NCBI GenBank assembly: GCA_028534125.1
Contig: CM052816.1
Coordinates: 73,844,001-73,904,000, forward strand
DNA length: 60,000 nt
Source: Lama glama
Lineage: Eukaryota
Direction: 5' to 3'
Position numbers and translations under genes: made by a program. Positions 25,051-37,942 of this stretch are shown here, one piece after another. A model generated the notes under the pieces. That model was not told where the DNA came from and ran no database searches. It worked only from the letters and a program-made list of their open reading frames with translations. Within the stretch, counting starts at the first letter, position 1. Each line of letters opens with the position of its first letter.

Positions 25051-27099
25051 TGCAAATTTATTTATTTATTTTTATTCTGTTTACTCAAGAATTGTTGGCT
25101 TAGATTTTGGTTAATTCTGGTGCAATAAAACCTAGAAAATAGTCCCTTTTTGGCTGAAGTAATTCTCTGTTTATTCCAAGGAAATATGTACAGGGTTTGT
25201 GAATATACCCAGCACTACAGTATCTGACAGGTCAACTAAACACATGCTTAGGGCACCCTCAAGGCAAATAAGAGAGGGAAAAGAGTTAAGAGAAAGAAAA
25301 GAGAAGGTTATCAGAAAATCTAGAAAGACGCCATCTTATTTTCAGATTCCACTAAGATTTACTTTGAATAAAACACTACGGGTGGGAGAGATGAAGAGAA
25401 TAATCTTCCCAGTACTTGGGGTCTCTTCAGGTCTCAATGTAGTGCTGGGACAAACCAGCTGTTTTTAGCTCTTTGTGTGTGTGTCCATTTTAAAGATTAT
25501 GCAGTCTCTTTTCAGGATGCAATGAGGAACAAGGAGAGTCTAGATGGAAAGTGAAATATAATAATTAGACATTTAGTATATAAAAGAAATTTTATTGGGC
25601 TCTGTCCAACACGTAGACCTTTATCAGAATTACTTTTGTTTTTCACTTAGTAAAGCCTCTAAATAACAGAGATCCTCATATGCAAGTACAACTTCAAAAT
25701 CAGCTTCCAAAAAAAAAATCTCACTTTTCATCTTTCAGAAACAATTCTACACACAAAAGAATTTTGAAAACTCTTTGCATCTGTGATAGCTAGACAAACT
25801 AAGCACTTCAAAACCAAACATTTCATGGGGTGTTTGGTTGAAAGGGGAAGTGTACACTTTTTGAACTGGGTGTTGGCATTCCCCCAGATGTCACAGAGTA
25901 CACCTTGTAATAGTGTGAGTACGCCTCTGCTGCCACTCTCTCTGATCAGTTATGTTCCTGTTGTTGGCTAAGATTGAGAGAGGATGGTGAGACTGGCTGC
26001 GAGGGGATGAGTATTTAGAGGAGGCATATAACTGAGGAGTAGACCAGGCAAGCCAAGCCCGCACTGCAGGTTACTTACCCAGTTTGCCTGGAGGCCTGTC
26101 TTCAGCCCAAACATAGAACACAGAAGATTCCTATTTCCTCTTTCTTCTTCTCTGATACCACCAAGGAAGACTTTCTGACCACTGAAAACTCAACAGCCAC
26201 ATACCATTTCCAAAGGAGGAAAAGAAAATAGTCAGGTCCCCACATCTCCTGGAGTTGAAAATTTTTGAAATACATATTTTTAGTTCTTAAAAAAAAAAGT
26301 TTAGTTCTCAAAAACACTGTTTATAATAAATCATATGTCTCTGTTTTTAAATTGTAATCAACTATATGGTGAAAGCAGCTCTTTTATAAAAACTCTGAAA
26401 TTAAAACAACCACTTAACACTCCAACCTAATGCCTGCAGTAAATCAAATGTCTTTGTTGTTTAGATTTTAGCTCAACAGGTCCATATAAAAAAGGAGTTT
26501 TAGCACTATTTATAAGAAGAATTGTCTCTCCAAACCCATCCAACAATTTTTTTTCATTCTTTAGGTAAAAACTTCAGCAGGAACGTAAGTGAGGTACAGG
26601 CAGGCTACCAATAACTTTTTGTGCCAGACATTATATAACAAGGCCAAATTCTAATGTACACACAAATGTACAGCAGCTTAAAAGAAGCGGTTGTTCAAAA
26701 AAGTATCCAATAAATCATTGCCAAGGAGCTGTGAGGGCTGCTAGGGCATCTGTGTTAAACCACAATTCTGTCACTAGTATACTGTGTGACCTTGGACGTA
26801 TCACTTAACCCCTCTGCTTCTCGGCTTCCTCTTATATGATCCCTCTACCACTCACTCTACATCTTTCCAGGTCCACGTCTCCACAGAATAGTCCAGGTGG
26901 TGAAATATTCCTTTATAGTCTCCCAAAAGGCATTTGCCTCATGACTCTATGAATCTGTTCTAAGAAGAGCATAATCCCGTGGCTATTCTTTTATGGACAA
27001 AGCAGACTCTTCCTTTAACTAGATTTTCCACTCTCACCAAAGACAGTGGAGGAAAGGAGATAAAGGAGAGGAGCCCAGCATAGAAAGGAAAAGAATCAT

Positions 27100-27200
27100 G
27101 TTGTAAGTCAAGAAAACCAGTTTCCAGCCTCTGCCACTGCCTGGTTTGGGAAAAGACCTCTGTTTCCTTATCTGTAAAAGATGAACTTAGAATATGGTCT
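27100..27200 (+). mobile_element. MIR fragment
   Basis: cctctgtttccttatctgtaaaagatga core. Confidence 0.55.
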
Positions 27201-27204
27201 ACCT

Positions 27205-27530
27205 GTATGTAAAACTGTGTGATACTGGATGTAAATAGACCAACAGAATACAAGAGAAGGTTCAAAAACAGACTCACCTATTTGTGGAAATCTAGTATAT
27301 GGTGAAGGGAATATCTCAGATGCCTGGGACAAAGTGTTATTTTTAATGAATTACATTGGGACAGCTGCATAACCATTTGGAATAACATGAACTTAGATCC
27401 ATTCCTAACAACATATACAAGAACAAATTACAAACCAATCTGGAATCAAAACATAAAAAATTAAACTGTACAGGTACTTAAAGAAAACATGGATAAATTC
27501 CTCTATAACCTATGATTCAAAATCCATATT
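27205..27530 (+). mobile_element. Old L1M ORF2 fragment (left part)
   Basis: aatagaccaacagaatacaagagaaggttcaaaaacagactcacc...cttagatccattcctaacaacatatacaagaacaaatt; continues beyond the LTR insertion. Confidence 0.75.
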
Positions 27531-28366
27531 GTGATATTGTGATTTACAAAAAGAAATATACATTTGGTCTTTATCCCTGTTTCTGGCACAAAGCTCCTAA
27601 ATCCCCTGGAACTTCCTAAGTCATAAGAACCACAAAGGTGTCTTTTGTTATGTTAATAATGTTACTTTGAAACCTAAAGACTAGGGCTGGTTGTCAAGAG
27701 AACCAACCTTGTGATTAGAGGGTTAGAACTTTCATTCCCTGACCTCTGGGGAGGGAAGAAAGGCTGGAGATTGAGATCCATCACCAATGATCAATGATTT
27801 AATCTATCATACCTATGTAATAAAGCCTCCATAAAAAACTTAAAAAAAAAAAAACAAGCTTCAGAGAACTTCCAGGTTGGTGAACAAACGGAGATGCTGG
27901 GAGAGTGGCATGCTCCAAGAGCATGTAAGATCTGCACCATTTCCCCATACCTTGCCCTATGCTTCTTGAAAAAGAAACTGCTTTGGCTATTCCTGAGTTT
28001 GTCCTTTTATGATAAACTGGTAAACTAGTAGCAAATGTTTCTCTGAGTTCTGTGAGCCTCTCTAACAAATTAATCAAACCCAAAGAGGGGATCATTGGAA
28101 CCTCTAATTTATAGTCCATCAGGAAGCCCACAAGGCAACCTGGACTACTAATTGACATCAGAAGGGGAGGCAGGAATGGGATGGGGTATCTTGTAGGATT
28201 GAGTCCTTAGTCTGTGGGCTCTGATGCTATCTTCAGGAAGATAATGTCAGAATTGAACTGAATTGTAGGACACCCAGCTGATGTCAGAGAATTGCTTGGT
28301 GGTGTGGGGAAACATCCCCCCTCCCCACAAAACACACACATAGGAATTGGGTATCATAATTATAAC
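27531..28366 (+). mobile_element. MER21C-like solo LTR inserted into the L1M
   Basis: Starts near tgtgatattgtgattta...tggcacaaagctcctaaa; internal gtgattagagggttagaactttca and gaattgaactgaattgtaggacacccagctg match recalled MER21. Confidence 0.85.
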
Positions 28367-29250
28367 ATGCAATAAAGAATGATTGGTAAATTTGAAATTT
28401 TGCATAGCATAATCAAAGACAAAACGCAAATTGCATTATGGAAGACACATAAAAAAGCTGATTATTCCTAGTGGTTTTTTTTTTTTTAACTTAAAATCTG
28501 AGAAAAATTTAATAGAAAAATGGGGAAAAGAACAAGAAATTTAGCAAAAAGGTATTTTATAAAAGTTCTTAAATATATGAAGAAGTGTTCAAGTTTACTA
28601 TAATAAGAGAAATGCAAATTAAAACTGCACTGAGATACTATTTTTCTCTCATCAGAATGATACATATTCAAAATCCTGATAGTGCATTGTTGAGCAGACT
28701 GAGGGAAAAGAGCTTAGAAGAAGCAAACCCAAGTAGCAATGACCAGTACAGCTTAATGCTCCATCTTGTTTTCTAGATGCCTTTCCTAACTTAACGGAAA
28801 CAGATCTCCTAGAAGAAATGGCTGATTTCAGGGCTATCAGAGAAAGTATAATGTGAGTCTGAAATGTCTCACTGGGTGGAAAAATAAGTGCTAAAAAAAA
28901 TGATGAGGCCGTATCAAAAGGACACAGGAGCCATTTTGAAGGGGCTCCAACTAGTCAAATCTATGGTCACTTGAGCACAAAAAGAAATAAGGCTAAATAA
29001 TAAATTATAACTTAACAAATAAAATAGGAATTCATGAGTCAATGCTGATAACAAATAGATAAATGAATAGGAAGGTACAGAGGATTCTTCTGTACAGTAA
29101 AATTCCATCTGACAAATGTGAAGGAAGTAAAGGAATTTGAAAATCAGCACTTGACAGTCATAGTTTATTGTGTGACAATCATCAATTATCGTAATAATTA
29201 GCGATACAACAAATGGTAGATACTACTATTATGGATACCAGTGAATGTCT
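28367..29250 (+). mobile_element. Old L1MC-type ORF2 end and 3' UTR (right part)
   Basis: [15 protein letters not shown] in ORF 28585-28776; 3' UTR motifs ctcctagaagaaatggctgattt and tcaaaaggacacaggagcca. Confidence 0.8.
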
Positions 29251-32200
29251 ACTGATGGTTGTACAGTCCTTGACAAGAGGATTTTTTTTTAGGCATAAAT
29301 TAATCCATTTCTGAGAAAATAACAGTAGGTTATGAAACTTGCTAGGGTTTTGGTGCTCAGTTCTTCGTATCTCCTCCTTAAGGTTGCCAATCAAAGACAG
29401 TAATTGCTATTCAAGGAAATAAAAACCAAATGGAAACTGAGTCCTGATTTATTAATTGCTGGGAGAGAGCCCAGTAATCCACAGTTTGAGAAACCGTGCT
29501 GGGGATTAGGGATATGAAGCTAGCTAGTGATGGAACTAGGAACTAAAGAAAGAGAGGGAATTAGAAACAATAGCCTTTTCATTTCTTTCCTGATTCTGGA
29601 GGAAGTTCATAGTAAAGAGACCAAGAATGGAAAAAATTAAAATGGCAACTCAGATAAAAGTCATGGAAAATGAAGTGCCACCCAAATGACTTGGGAGAAT
29701 ATTCTGCTGGAAAATTGAGAGTGGGACCTCTGAGAAGAGTCAGACATTACCAAGGGCTTCAGGGTTTTCAGGACTGGAAAATTCCTTGGATTTGAGTGAT
29801 CCCAGAGATTATTCCAAGATAGACCCTCAGCTTCCCTATGTACTCCATAGATTCACTTTTAGGAGTGGTAAGTGGGAGGGAAAGACTTTCTGCTAAAGCA
29901 CTAGGCTTTCCTCCTGGGTGGATTTTTCCCAGATGTGCAATGTAAGGACTCAGCCAATAATGTGTGATTCCCATCCACTAGTCTATTATCACTGCTTGGT
30001 CTGAGGATAAAAGTGATTAAGAAAGTTTACAAAGTAGAATTGCGAGATCAAATTACATGGAACATTGAAATCCCATGTGCAAATATGGCAGAACGACCAA
30101 CCATGTAATTATAAGTTCAAAACAACTACAGAAATCAAGTGATTGAAACTGGACCCCAGAATCATTGAAAGATCACATCTGGAGATGTCACTCATATTTT
30201 GCAGACAGTAGCATCATAATGAAGCAAATCAAATGTGATATGGAACCCAACATTGTAATTTTAAAAGTGTGTTCAATTTCTAAATGTCAGCGTAAACATG
30301 CAGGATATTGAGTCCCTCTTTCAGTCCACACTGAGGATTGGCCCAACCCACCAGTCTTCTTGGGCGACTCTAATCTCAGCCAGTCCAGAGGAGACTCCAG
30401 GAGAATGGACTTTTGCCTTCTTCTACACCATGTTTTCTTTCAGGCAATGATGCCAATTAGAAGAAAAGATGAGGCAATACATATATTTACTTAATGTCTT
30501 ATTACCTACTAAAATTGGATCAGTCAGCAGGAGAAGCGCAGATCTCTAGGACCCAAGAATTTCCTGATCATGTAGGCTTTGTTTTATATATTTCTATAAA
30601 ACCACCTCACTTCTTCCTTCTTTACACTATTTTGATTTGACCCAGATTCCTTCCTGTGCTTCCTTTAGGAAGATTACACAGGCTTACCCACCTTGGACAT
30701 AACTGGATCAGTTCTTCTAATTACTTTTTTATGTTAACATTTTGATATAGGAGTGGTTTAGAGCCCCATTTAGTTAGGCACATACATAGGCCTTTCTTGG
30801 TGGCAATTAAATTAAAGCCAGTTTTTTTGGTCCACATATTATACTTCTCCGGGTGAATCTTTATTGGAGCTAGATAGTACTTGCATTATATCTTGGGATG
30901 CCAATCAGTATTAAGCTCTTTCTTGTGATCCTGTATGTTTGCTTTAATTTCTTGACAAAGGTCTCTTTCCTTAGATTATCCTTGTTTACTTATTTCTAAC
31001 ACACTGTGAGACCTGCTTTTATATTTGATCTTACTCCTCTCACAAGGAATTATTCTTAAGTCTTTGGGCCCTGTGCACACCAGATACTTTTTCTGTGTTG
31101 GACCAGTTGGAGAAACCAAAGAAGTTTGAAATCAGAGACAAGATTCCAGGAGACATTTAAAAAGGTAGAAATGGGACACAATGACAGAGCATTGCTGAGC
31201 AGGACCCTGAATTAGATGCCCATTGCTACACATACTTGAATTAGGCCTTAAGTAAACCATGATCATCTTTGCTTCTGACCAAGGCAACTGTATTATAAGA
31301 AACTCTAAAAATACAAATTCCTTCTTGACTTTCTGGACCAAGAGATCATCATTCAAATAATGCTATAAAAACCAAAGAAATGTAATAGTCATAAAATTCA
31401 GAGCCAAGAGAAAAGAAATTCACATTAGTGAGAAATAATTGAACCACCTGAAGAAAGATATAAAAAGATACTTTTTAAAATGCTTATATAGCTGCTGGCC
31501 TATGAAAAATAACACATCCAGAAGAAGTACACAGAAGAAAATAAAAGGTACTTCAAAGGCTCCCAGTTTCCAGCCAAGATCAGTAAGATAAATACATTAA
31601 ATAAAATTACTGTGGAATTTTAACTCTTTGATTCTTCAGTTGAAAATCTTGTGCTAGAAAGTGAGTAATTCTGAAACAGAAAACCTCAGACCGCCCAAGT
31701 CATTGTGTTTGCTCCTACCAGTAAGCAAGTTATTGTCAGTTCCCCATGAAACCATTTATTCTACATTGTCAAATCTTTCCCCCATAGTTCTTTGAGAAGA
31801 TCATCACTAGCCATGTTTTTCAAGCATATTTTTCTTAAAGTAAAATCGTTCTGAATTCACTTTTGGTTAAACAGACTGCTTTCTAATAGAGATCCTTTCC
31901 ACCAAGACCTTCACCTTCCACTCCTAGTCTACAAGGTCTTCTTATCCTTCTAGAAGCTACTGTTTATCATTCCAAAACCTACAGTGAACAAAATGAACAT
32001 GAGAAAAGTGAAAGGCATAGGCTACGGTGTTACCTAAGATACTACTTAGGATGCCAACTATCAAAACAACCACCAGCCTTCTTCCCACAACTCTATTCCA
32101 TGCATATCTATCCCAGGGATTCCTTATTCTTGAACTAGTTTTCTCCACCAAACCTATGCCACCACCCAGGCCCTTATTTGATCTTTCCATCACTCATTAT

Positions 32201-35200
32201 ATAATATAACAAACTGTACAAAGATCCATTCTAAGTTAGCCCATAAACTGGAGAAAATAAATCAAGTTTCTGCTGACCAGGCCAAGTATAACTGTTGAGT
32301 AGAACATGATTTTTCTGTGGGGTGAGAGATATAACTGTCTCTAGAAAACTATTTCTCATCTATTGAACACTACACCTATATCACAGATCTTTTATTATTA
32401 TTTAACAAATACACATGGTAGCCAAGCTTACCAAGGTCCCTGAAGACTCAACCCATCTTCCATGCCTCCTTGTTTGAGTTCTAGCTTTTCAAGCAGGGTC
32501 ATATTCCACCAACAGAGGATCGAGCAAAAGAAAGCAGGAGCTCAGCTCTGAGGTTATCCAGGAGCATCTCTTCTCCTAGCAAAGTCAGGGTCAACACCAG
32601 AAGATGAGTCTTGAGTCTTCATTCTTCTCACAACATCCCTCCCAACCTTGACTGGGTGCAAGTTTTTCATGGACAAATTGCAGCAACCCACACATACTGT
32701 TTATTTCTTGTTTCCCTTGTATAAAAAAAGAAAAGGAGTTACTAAAAGAAAAGATCCCAGCAAACAATGTAGTTAGTTTCACTCCATGAAAAAACCTTTT
32801 TTAAACAATAAAAGAGTTATTTCTGTCCTGAGAGGTTAACTTGTTGTTATATGAACCTACTTAACTCTTCAGGGTTTGAGAAATTTTCCTCATCTCCTGG
32901 GTCCTGTCTTTTTCCTTATGCCTGGATAATGCCCCAAGTTAAAATCATATTCTTGCCTATGATCAGCTGCTTCTCCTAAACCTCTGTACTAAATCTTATC
33001 TGGGATCCCTGAATACAAATCCTCTTTCTCTATTTCACCAGTCTGCGGCAGACTCTGATTTCTTTATCTCTAACCAAAGACTTGCCTATAACCACTACTT
33101 AGTTTGAACTTCTGAATTTCCACCCCAAACTGTCTTCTCAAAATTCAAGAAAGCCCTGCTTGAACTAACATTTGAGGCTCTAACTTCCAATTTTTCCCTA
33201 AAATTCTCATTGATTCCTCTTACCCTCAGTCCTGCCTTCTCTGTCCCTCCTCCCTCTTGATCTAACATTGGTTGATGCTTACCACTAAGTCCAGATGCCA
33301 GCTTAAAAGACAGCGAACTCTGCAGCCAATTCTTTTAATGAGAAATGATGAGAGGCCTAGAAATAGTCTCCATCGATTCCCACATCAAGCAGGGAAAAAA
33401 TGGATCTCAGTTGATCATTTCAAAAAAGAGTTACAGTTAAAGTGATTTGGGGAGAGAATTGACTAAGAACTATATTTTTTGCCAAACAATTCTACCAGTT
33501 TGTAAAGTTAGAGGTTTTTTAATGACTCATGTAATGTACCCTAGCCACATGTGTATACAGGTGTTAGAGTCAGTCAGGTTTTAATTGTTGTTGCATCATA
33601 AATTGTCACTTTTACAAGAAAAAAAAAGGGAATCTTTTAAGGGAATTGGCACTATATAACCATCAAATATTTCACCCTCATAGATTTAAGACAGTTTTAA
33701 AATCTTGCTACATTCTTCCACAGTTCACACCAATCTTAACATCAAAGGTGAAATTCCTGTATGTGTAAGACTTAGGTCTTTACGTTAAGTTTTAGTAATA
33801 CCTCTACACAACATCTCTCAATCATTTCTGCCTCAGGGTTCACCACTGGTCATTTACTTACTGTGTGAATAGTGAAATACGCAGTGTTTTTGCAAACAGT
33901 ACAGTATTCCAGTGAAAGACATAGTGCCTGGGCCCCTCATTCCATCTGCCTCTGGCTTGTGTCAGACTGACAGTCTGTAGGTCAGTTCACTCATCCTTAA
34001 TACATTGTTTAAATATACAGTAAAAGCAATATTCATAGAGTGGTATAAATATCATACCCCCAAATTACAACAGTTTTATTTAAATACTCACATCTTCTAC
34101 AGAATTCATGGAGATTTCCATGTTTCCACAACTTGAAATTTAAACAGACCAAAAGAAATGCTGTGAGATGGATGATAACAAAAGCAAAACACAAGAGACG
34201 TAAGTACATTTTTTTTAGTTTTTTTTCCAAGCATCATTGCTTTGCAACTTTGGGAGGGGAATGCTAGTGAACGTATGGATCATTCAAATGGATAAAGATC
34301 TGTTCTATAAAATAGTTCTATTTGTAAAACCCTTTCTCTATTCCCATTGAGGAAGTCAGGGTGATGAAAAGTGTAGACGTTGGTATCAGCAACACCAGAC
34401 TATGTTCATCATTAATTAAGGCAACAAGACTAAGGATGAAACCTCTCCGTGTAGAATGAAACTACTGAGATTGTTAATTTGCTCTGCTCACATAGGTAAG
34501 TTAGTATAACACATAACCAGGAAGTGGTAGGCATCACTAATCACCAGTCTCACTGATGAAAAGGACTCCCTGTTTTGATTTCCTTGAAGTTTGACTTCGC
34601 TGGTATTTAAACAGTATGCAGTTCACATTGGGTCTAGAGAGTGCTCTGAAAGGGCAAAAAAATCTTTACTTTTATCCCAAATAATTGCAAAGTAAGTGTG
34701 TAACTTAGCTCAGAAATTAGGGAATAATTTGACTCTTCCTTTAAATGTTTATCAAAAATAACCCCCAAATTCAGAAGGAATAAACTATTTCCTTAAACAT
34801 GAGAATTTCTAAAGTCAATACCTATACGTCTACTTCAAAAATCGTTATGAACATTTATGATTATGCAAAAGAAAGAGTAGATTTAATTTGAAGAGAAATA
34901 TAAAAAAAAGCAAAGTAAATGTGTATCTCAATATTTCACTTAGTTTCATTGTACTACATATAGTCTCCCCTTTGTATGATGATTCAAATAAAAATAAAAC
35001 AAATACAAACAAGCATAACTGGGGAAAAGGCATATTAAAATAATTTTTCTTTTGAGAGGAATGCAGGCGTATCTTAACAAATAGTTTCAACAGATGAAGA
35101 GCTTCCTGACATGAGCGATGACAACAGATAGTCAATAACATAAGGTAACACTGAGTCATAAACCAAAACTTTAGCTGAAAGCTTCAAAGACCCAAAGAAT

Positions 35201-37759
35201 TACTAGTGAATAACATTTAAATCCATTGATATGAGAAGAATTTTAAGTATTTTTCAAATGCAGATGTCTGTAGAATAATGAATTCAGTGAAGTCTTGACT
35301 TTTATTGAGAACTGTTTAAAAGAAAACCCATCTCCTCATGTTGGTTCAACAGCAAAATTTATTGAAATTCAATTGTTGTCAATTCCTCAGCTTTTTGTAA
35401 TTGTGGGCGATCACTAGACACAACATTTTCCTGAAGTGTGAGCCAAAGCCCCAGATGCCTGCCCAGATTCTATCCTTTCCAATTTACTTTGACATCCTCA
35501 GTTCCTTTCATAGGAAATGAACATTAGCCTCTTATGCGTCCTGCCTCCCCGGTGATATCCCATCTGAAAAACTATTGTCAGAAACCAGTCAGTTCTTACC
35601 TGACCCAGACACATAATTGAAGTTTAATTCTACAGGTGTTTGGCAGATGAACTGAGAAGCCTCTGCAATTTCCATTTTCATTCTATAACCCCACTGTCTG
35701 GTGCTTAAAACATTTCCCCCTTCTTACTGAATGTAACTGAACGTTAAAATAGTTAATAAAGTAAGACCATGCTGTAATTCCTGCTATTTACTGAAATCTG
35801 CGAAGTTGATGTATTGTTTTCATCATTTTGTGACCCGTTCCACATTCTGGCAAGGGCCTGCTCCCAGCTTGACATGATGAGCTGTGGCATCATTCATGGA
35901 AGGATAGAGAGCTTGCCGAACAGTTAGTTCTCTGACTGATGGAATATCTTGTAAGATCTGGCGAAGGCCTCAGCCTGTAGGCTTCAGGAAAATCAGAAAA
36001 AGGGGGGAAATGTTACATGTTTGTTCCTTTTATACACGTTACCTCCGATACAATTTCCTTATGAGCTTGCTGGCAACTCTAGAAGCAAATGGACTATTTG
36101 TTCCTCCATGGGAATTTTCAAAGCCACAGGATAATGGTTTCAAAGAAAGGAAGGGGGAATGATGAAATAACAACAATGCTATTACCCTTTCAAGGAAAAA
36201 AAACTTCCAGCATATTACAACTGGGTGGTCCAGTTATTACAAATGAATATTTATTTTTTATTTGTTTGTTGGTAATGTGACTTCTTCCAGAAAAGATTTA
36301 AAGCAGCTTCAAAAGAAACTTATAAATATACAGGAGATTAAGACATATAATGAAAAAAATCAAAGGAAAACTAAGGGGAGAGAAAATGAGAGGGAGAAAG
36401 GAATTCAGTAAGTAAAGTTCATGTTATGTCCTTTGCTTGGCTAAAGGTTTGTGACAAATTATTAATATTACTTTTTAATTAAATAAATTAATAAATCCAC
36501 AAGTAACAAAAGCACTGTTTGTAAAAGGAGGACATAGAATTGAAGAGCTGTAAAAGTTGTTCTTGAAATGATGATGGTAGAATTCTTTGTAGGACAGCCA
36601 TTCGTGTCACTAAGAAATGGACTAATTTTACATTGGAAGCAAATGCCATGACTGAGATGCTCTGTTGCACTTTTAATCCCCAAGTTCCTAAACATTAAAG
36701 CTAAGAATAGTTTTATTGTGAGTTTATATTTATCTGTTAGAGACCATGACATGAAATTTTCCACATACAGAAGTATTAATGATTTGCATCCAGAAAGCTG
36801 ATATCCTAGTATTTCATCACAATGATAGATGAACTATGGCACCACCAAATCACACAATCTGCACCCAGCTCTCTGTTGACTCGAGAACAGTTTCTTGCAC
36901 ACCTGTGGAAGAAAATTCACCACTGGATTAAACAGTAGGGGAAAATTACTCCCTTTCCCAAAAGAGCAGTCAATTCTCCCCCATGGTTTTTGACAGTTTA
37001 TTGCTATGCACTGTGAAGTTCACATCTAGGAAGTATTCTATTCAAGAATCCTGTGCATGACAGATGTCCTGATGTGGCAGGGTGATTTTTCAAAATCACT
37101 AGTAGCTACCTTTCACTTTTCCGCCAAAATGGCAAAGAGTTGAGAACTGCACTGGCTCCTCCCCCATTGCTGCTTTCTCTGTTGCCAAACTGGACATGTA
37201 CAAAACTGGACATAAAGAGAAGTTCAACTGATTGTAAAATGCCTCTTGAGTCTTTTACACTACTCTACCCTTCAGTGACATCATGGACCTTTCTATTCTG
37301 GCCAAAACACTGGCAACATTTTAAGCTAATGTTAAAATTTTCATATTAAGCTGCAAGGGGTTTGTACTGGCCTTTTTCTTGGCACCAGTGTAGTGCAGTG
37401 TGATCAAGTTCCAGTGAGTATCAGCATGCTGAGTAGTGTCCTTGGAAACATAATGCTGTGTTTCACAGTGAGATCTCCAAAACTTCTTCAAGGTGGGTTC
37501 CAGCCCAAAGTTTGAATACATCACAGAAGATGGCCAAATTCTCCTACAAATGAAACACTTCGGTTACTGAGAGGTTAAGAAGTGTTGAAGCATGCCTCCA
37601 GAACCTCTCACTTTCATTTACAGAGGCCTGTTTTGTGGTATCAAGGGACAGAATCACAGCCTTCCTAGTTGCTCTTTCCCTCTTACCCAGGTTCACTCAT
37701 CTATTCCTGTATCCATGGAAGTAGAAATAACCTACATCATCAAAACACAAAAAATATTA

Positions 37760-37942
37760 GCAGCAGCTCCCATTTACAGAAGGCCAACCAATATGGCTGG
37801 CACCATACTGATGTTTTGTTATTTCATTTGGCCCTCACAACAGGTTTATGAAACTGATTTTATTACCCTCATTTTATGGAGGAGGAAACCAAAAGTTACA
37901 AAAATGAATCAATTTGTCCAACATCACCCAGCTAGCAAGTGC
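37760..37942 (-). mobile_element. MIR SINE
   Basis: cctcacaacaggtttatga...cctcattttatggaggaggaaacc...tttgtccaacatcacccagctagcaagtg. Confidence 0.8.

Noticed and set aside
36468..37545. Minus-strand ORFs following AG acceptors as terminal coding exons
   Set aside because: Peptides resemble nothing I recognise, the pyrimidine tracts are weak and no upstream coding exons were found.
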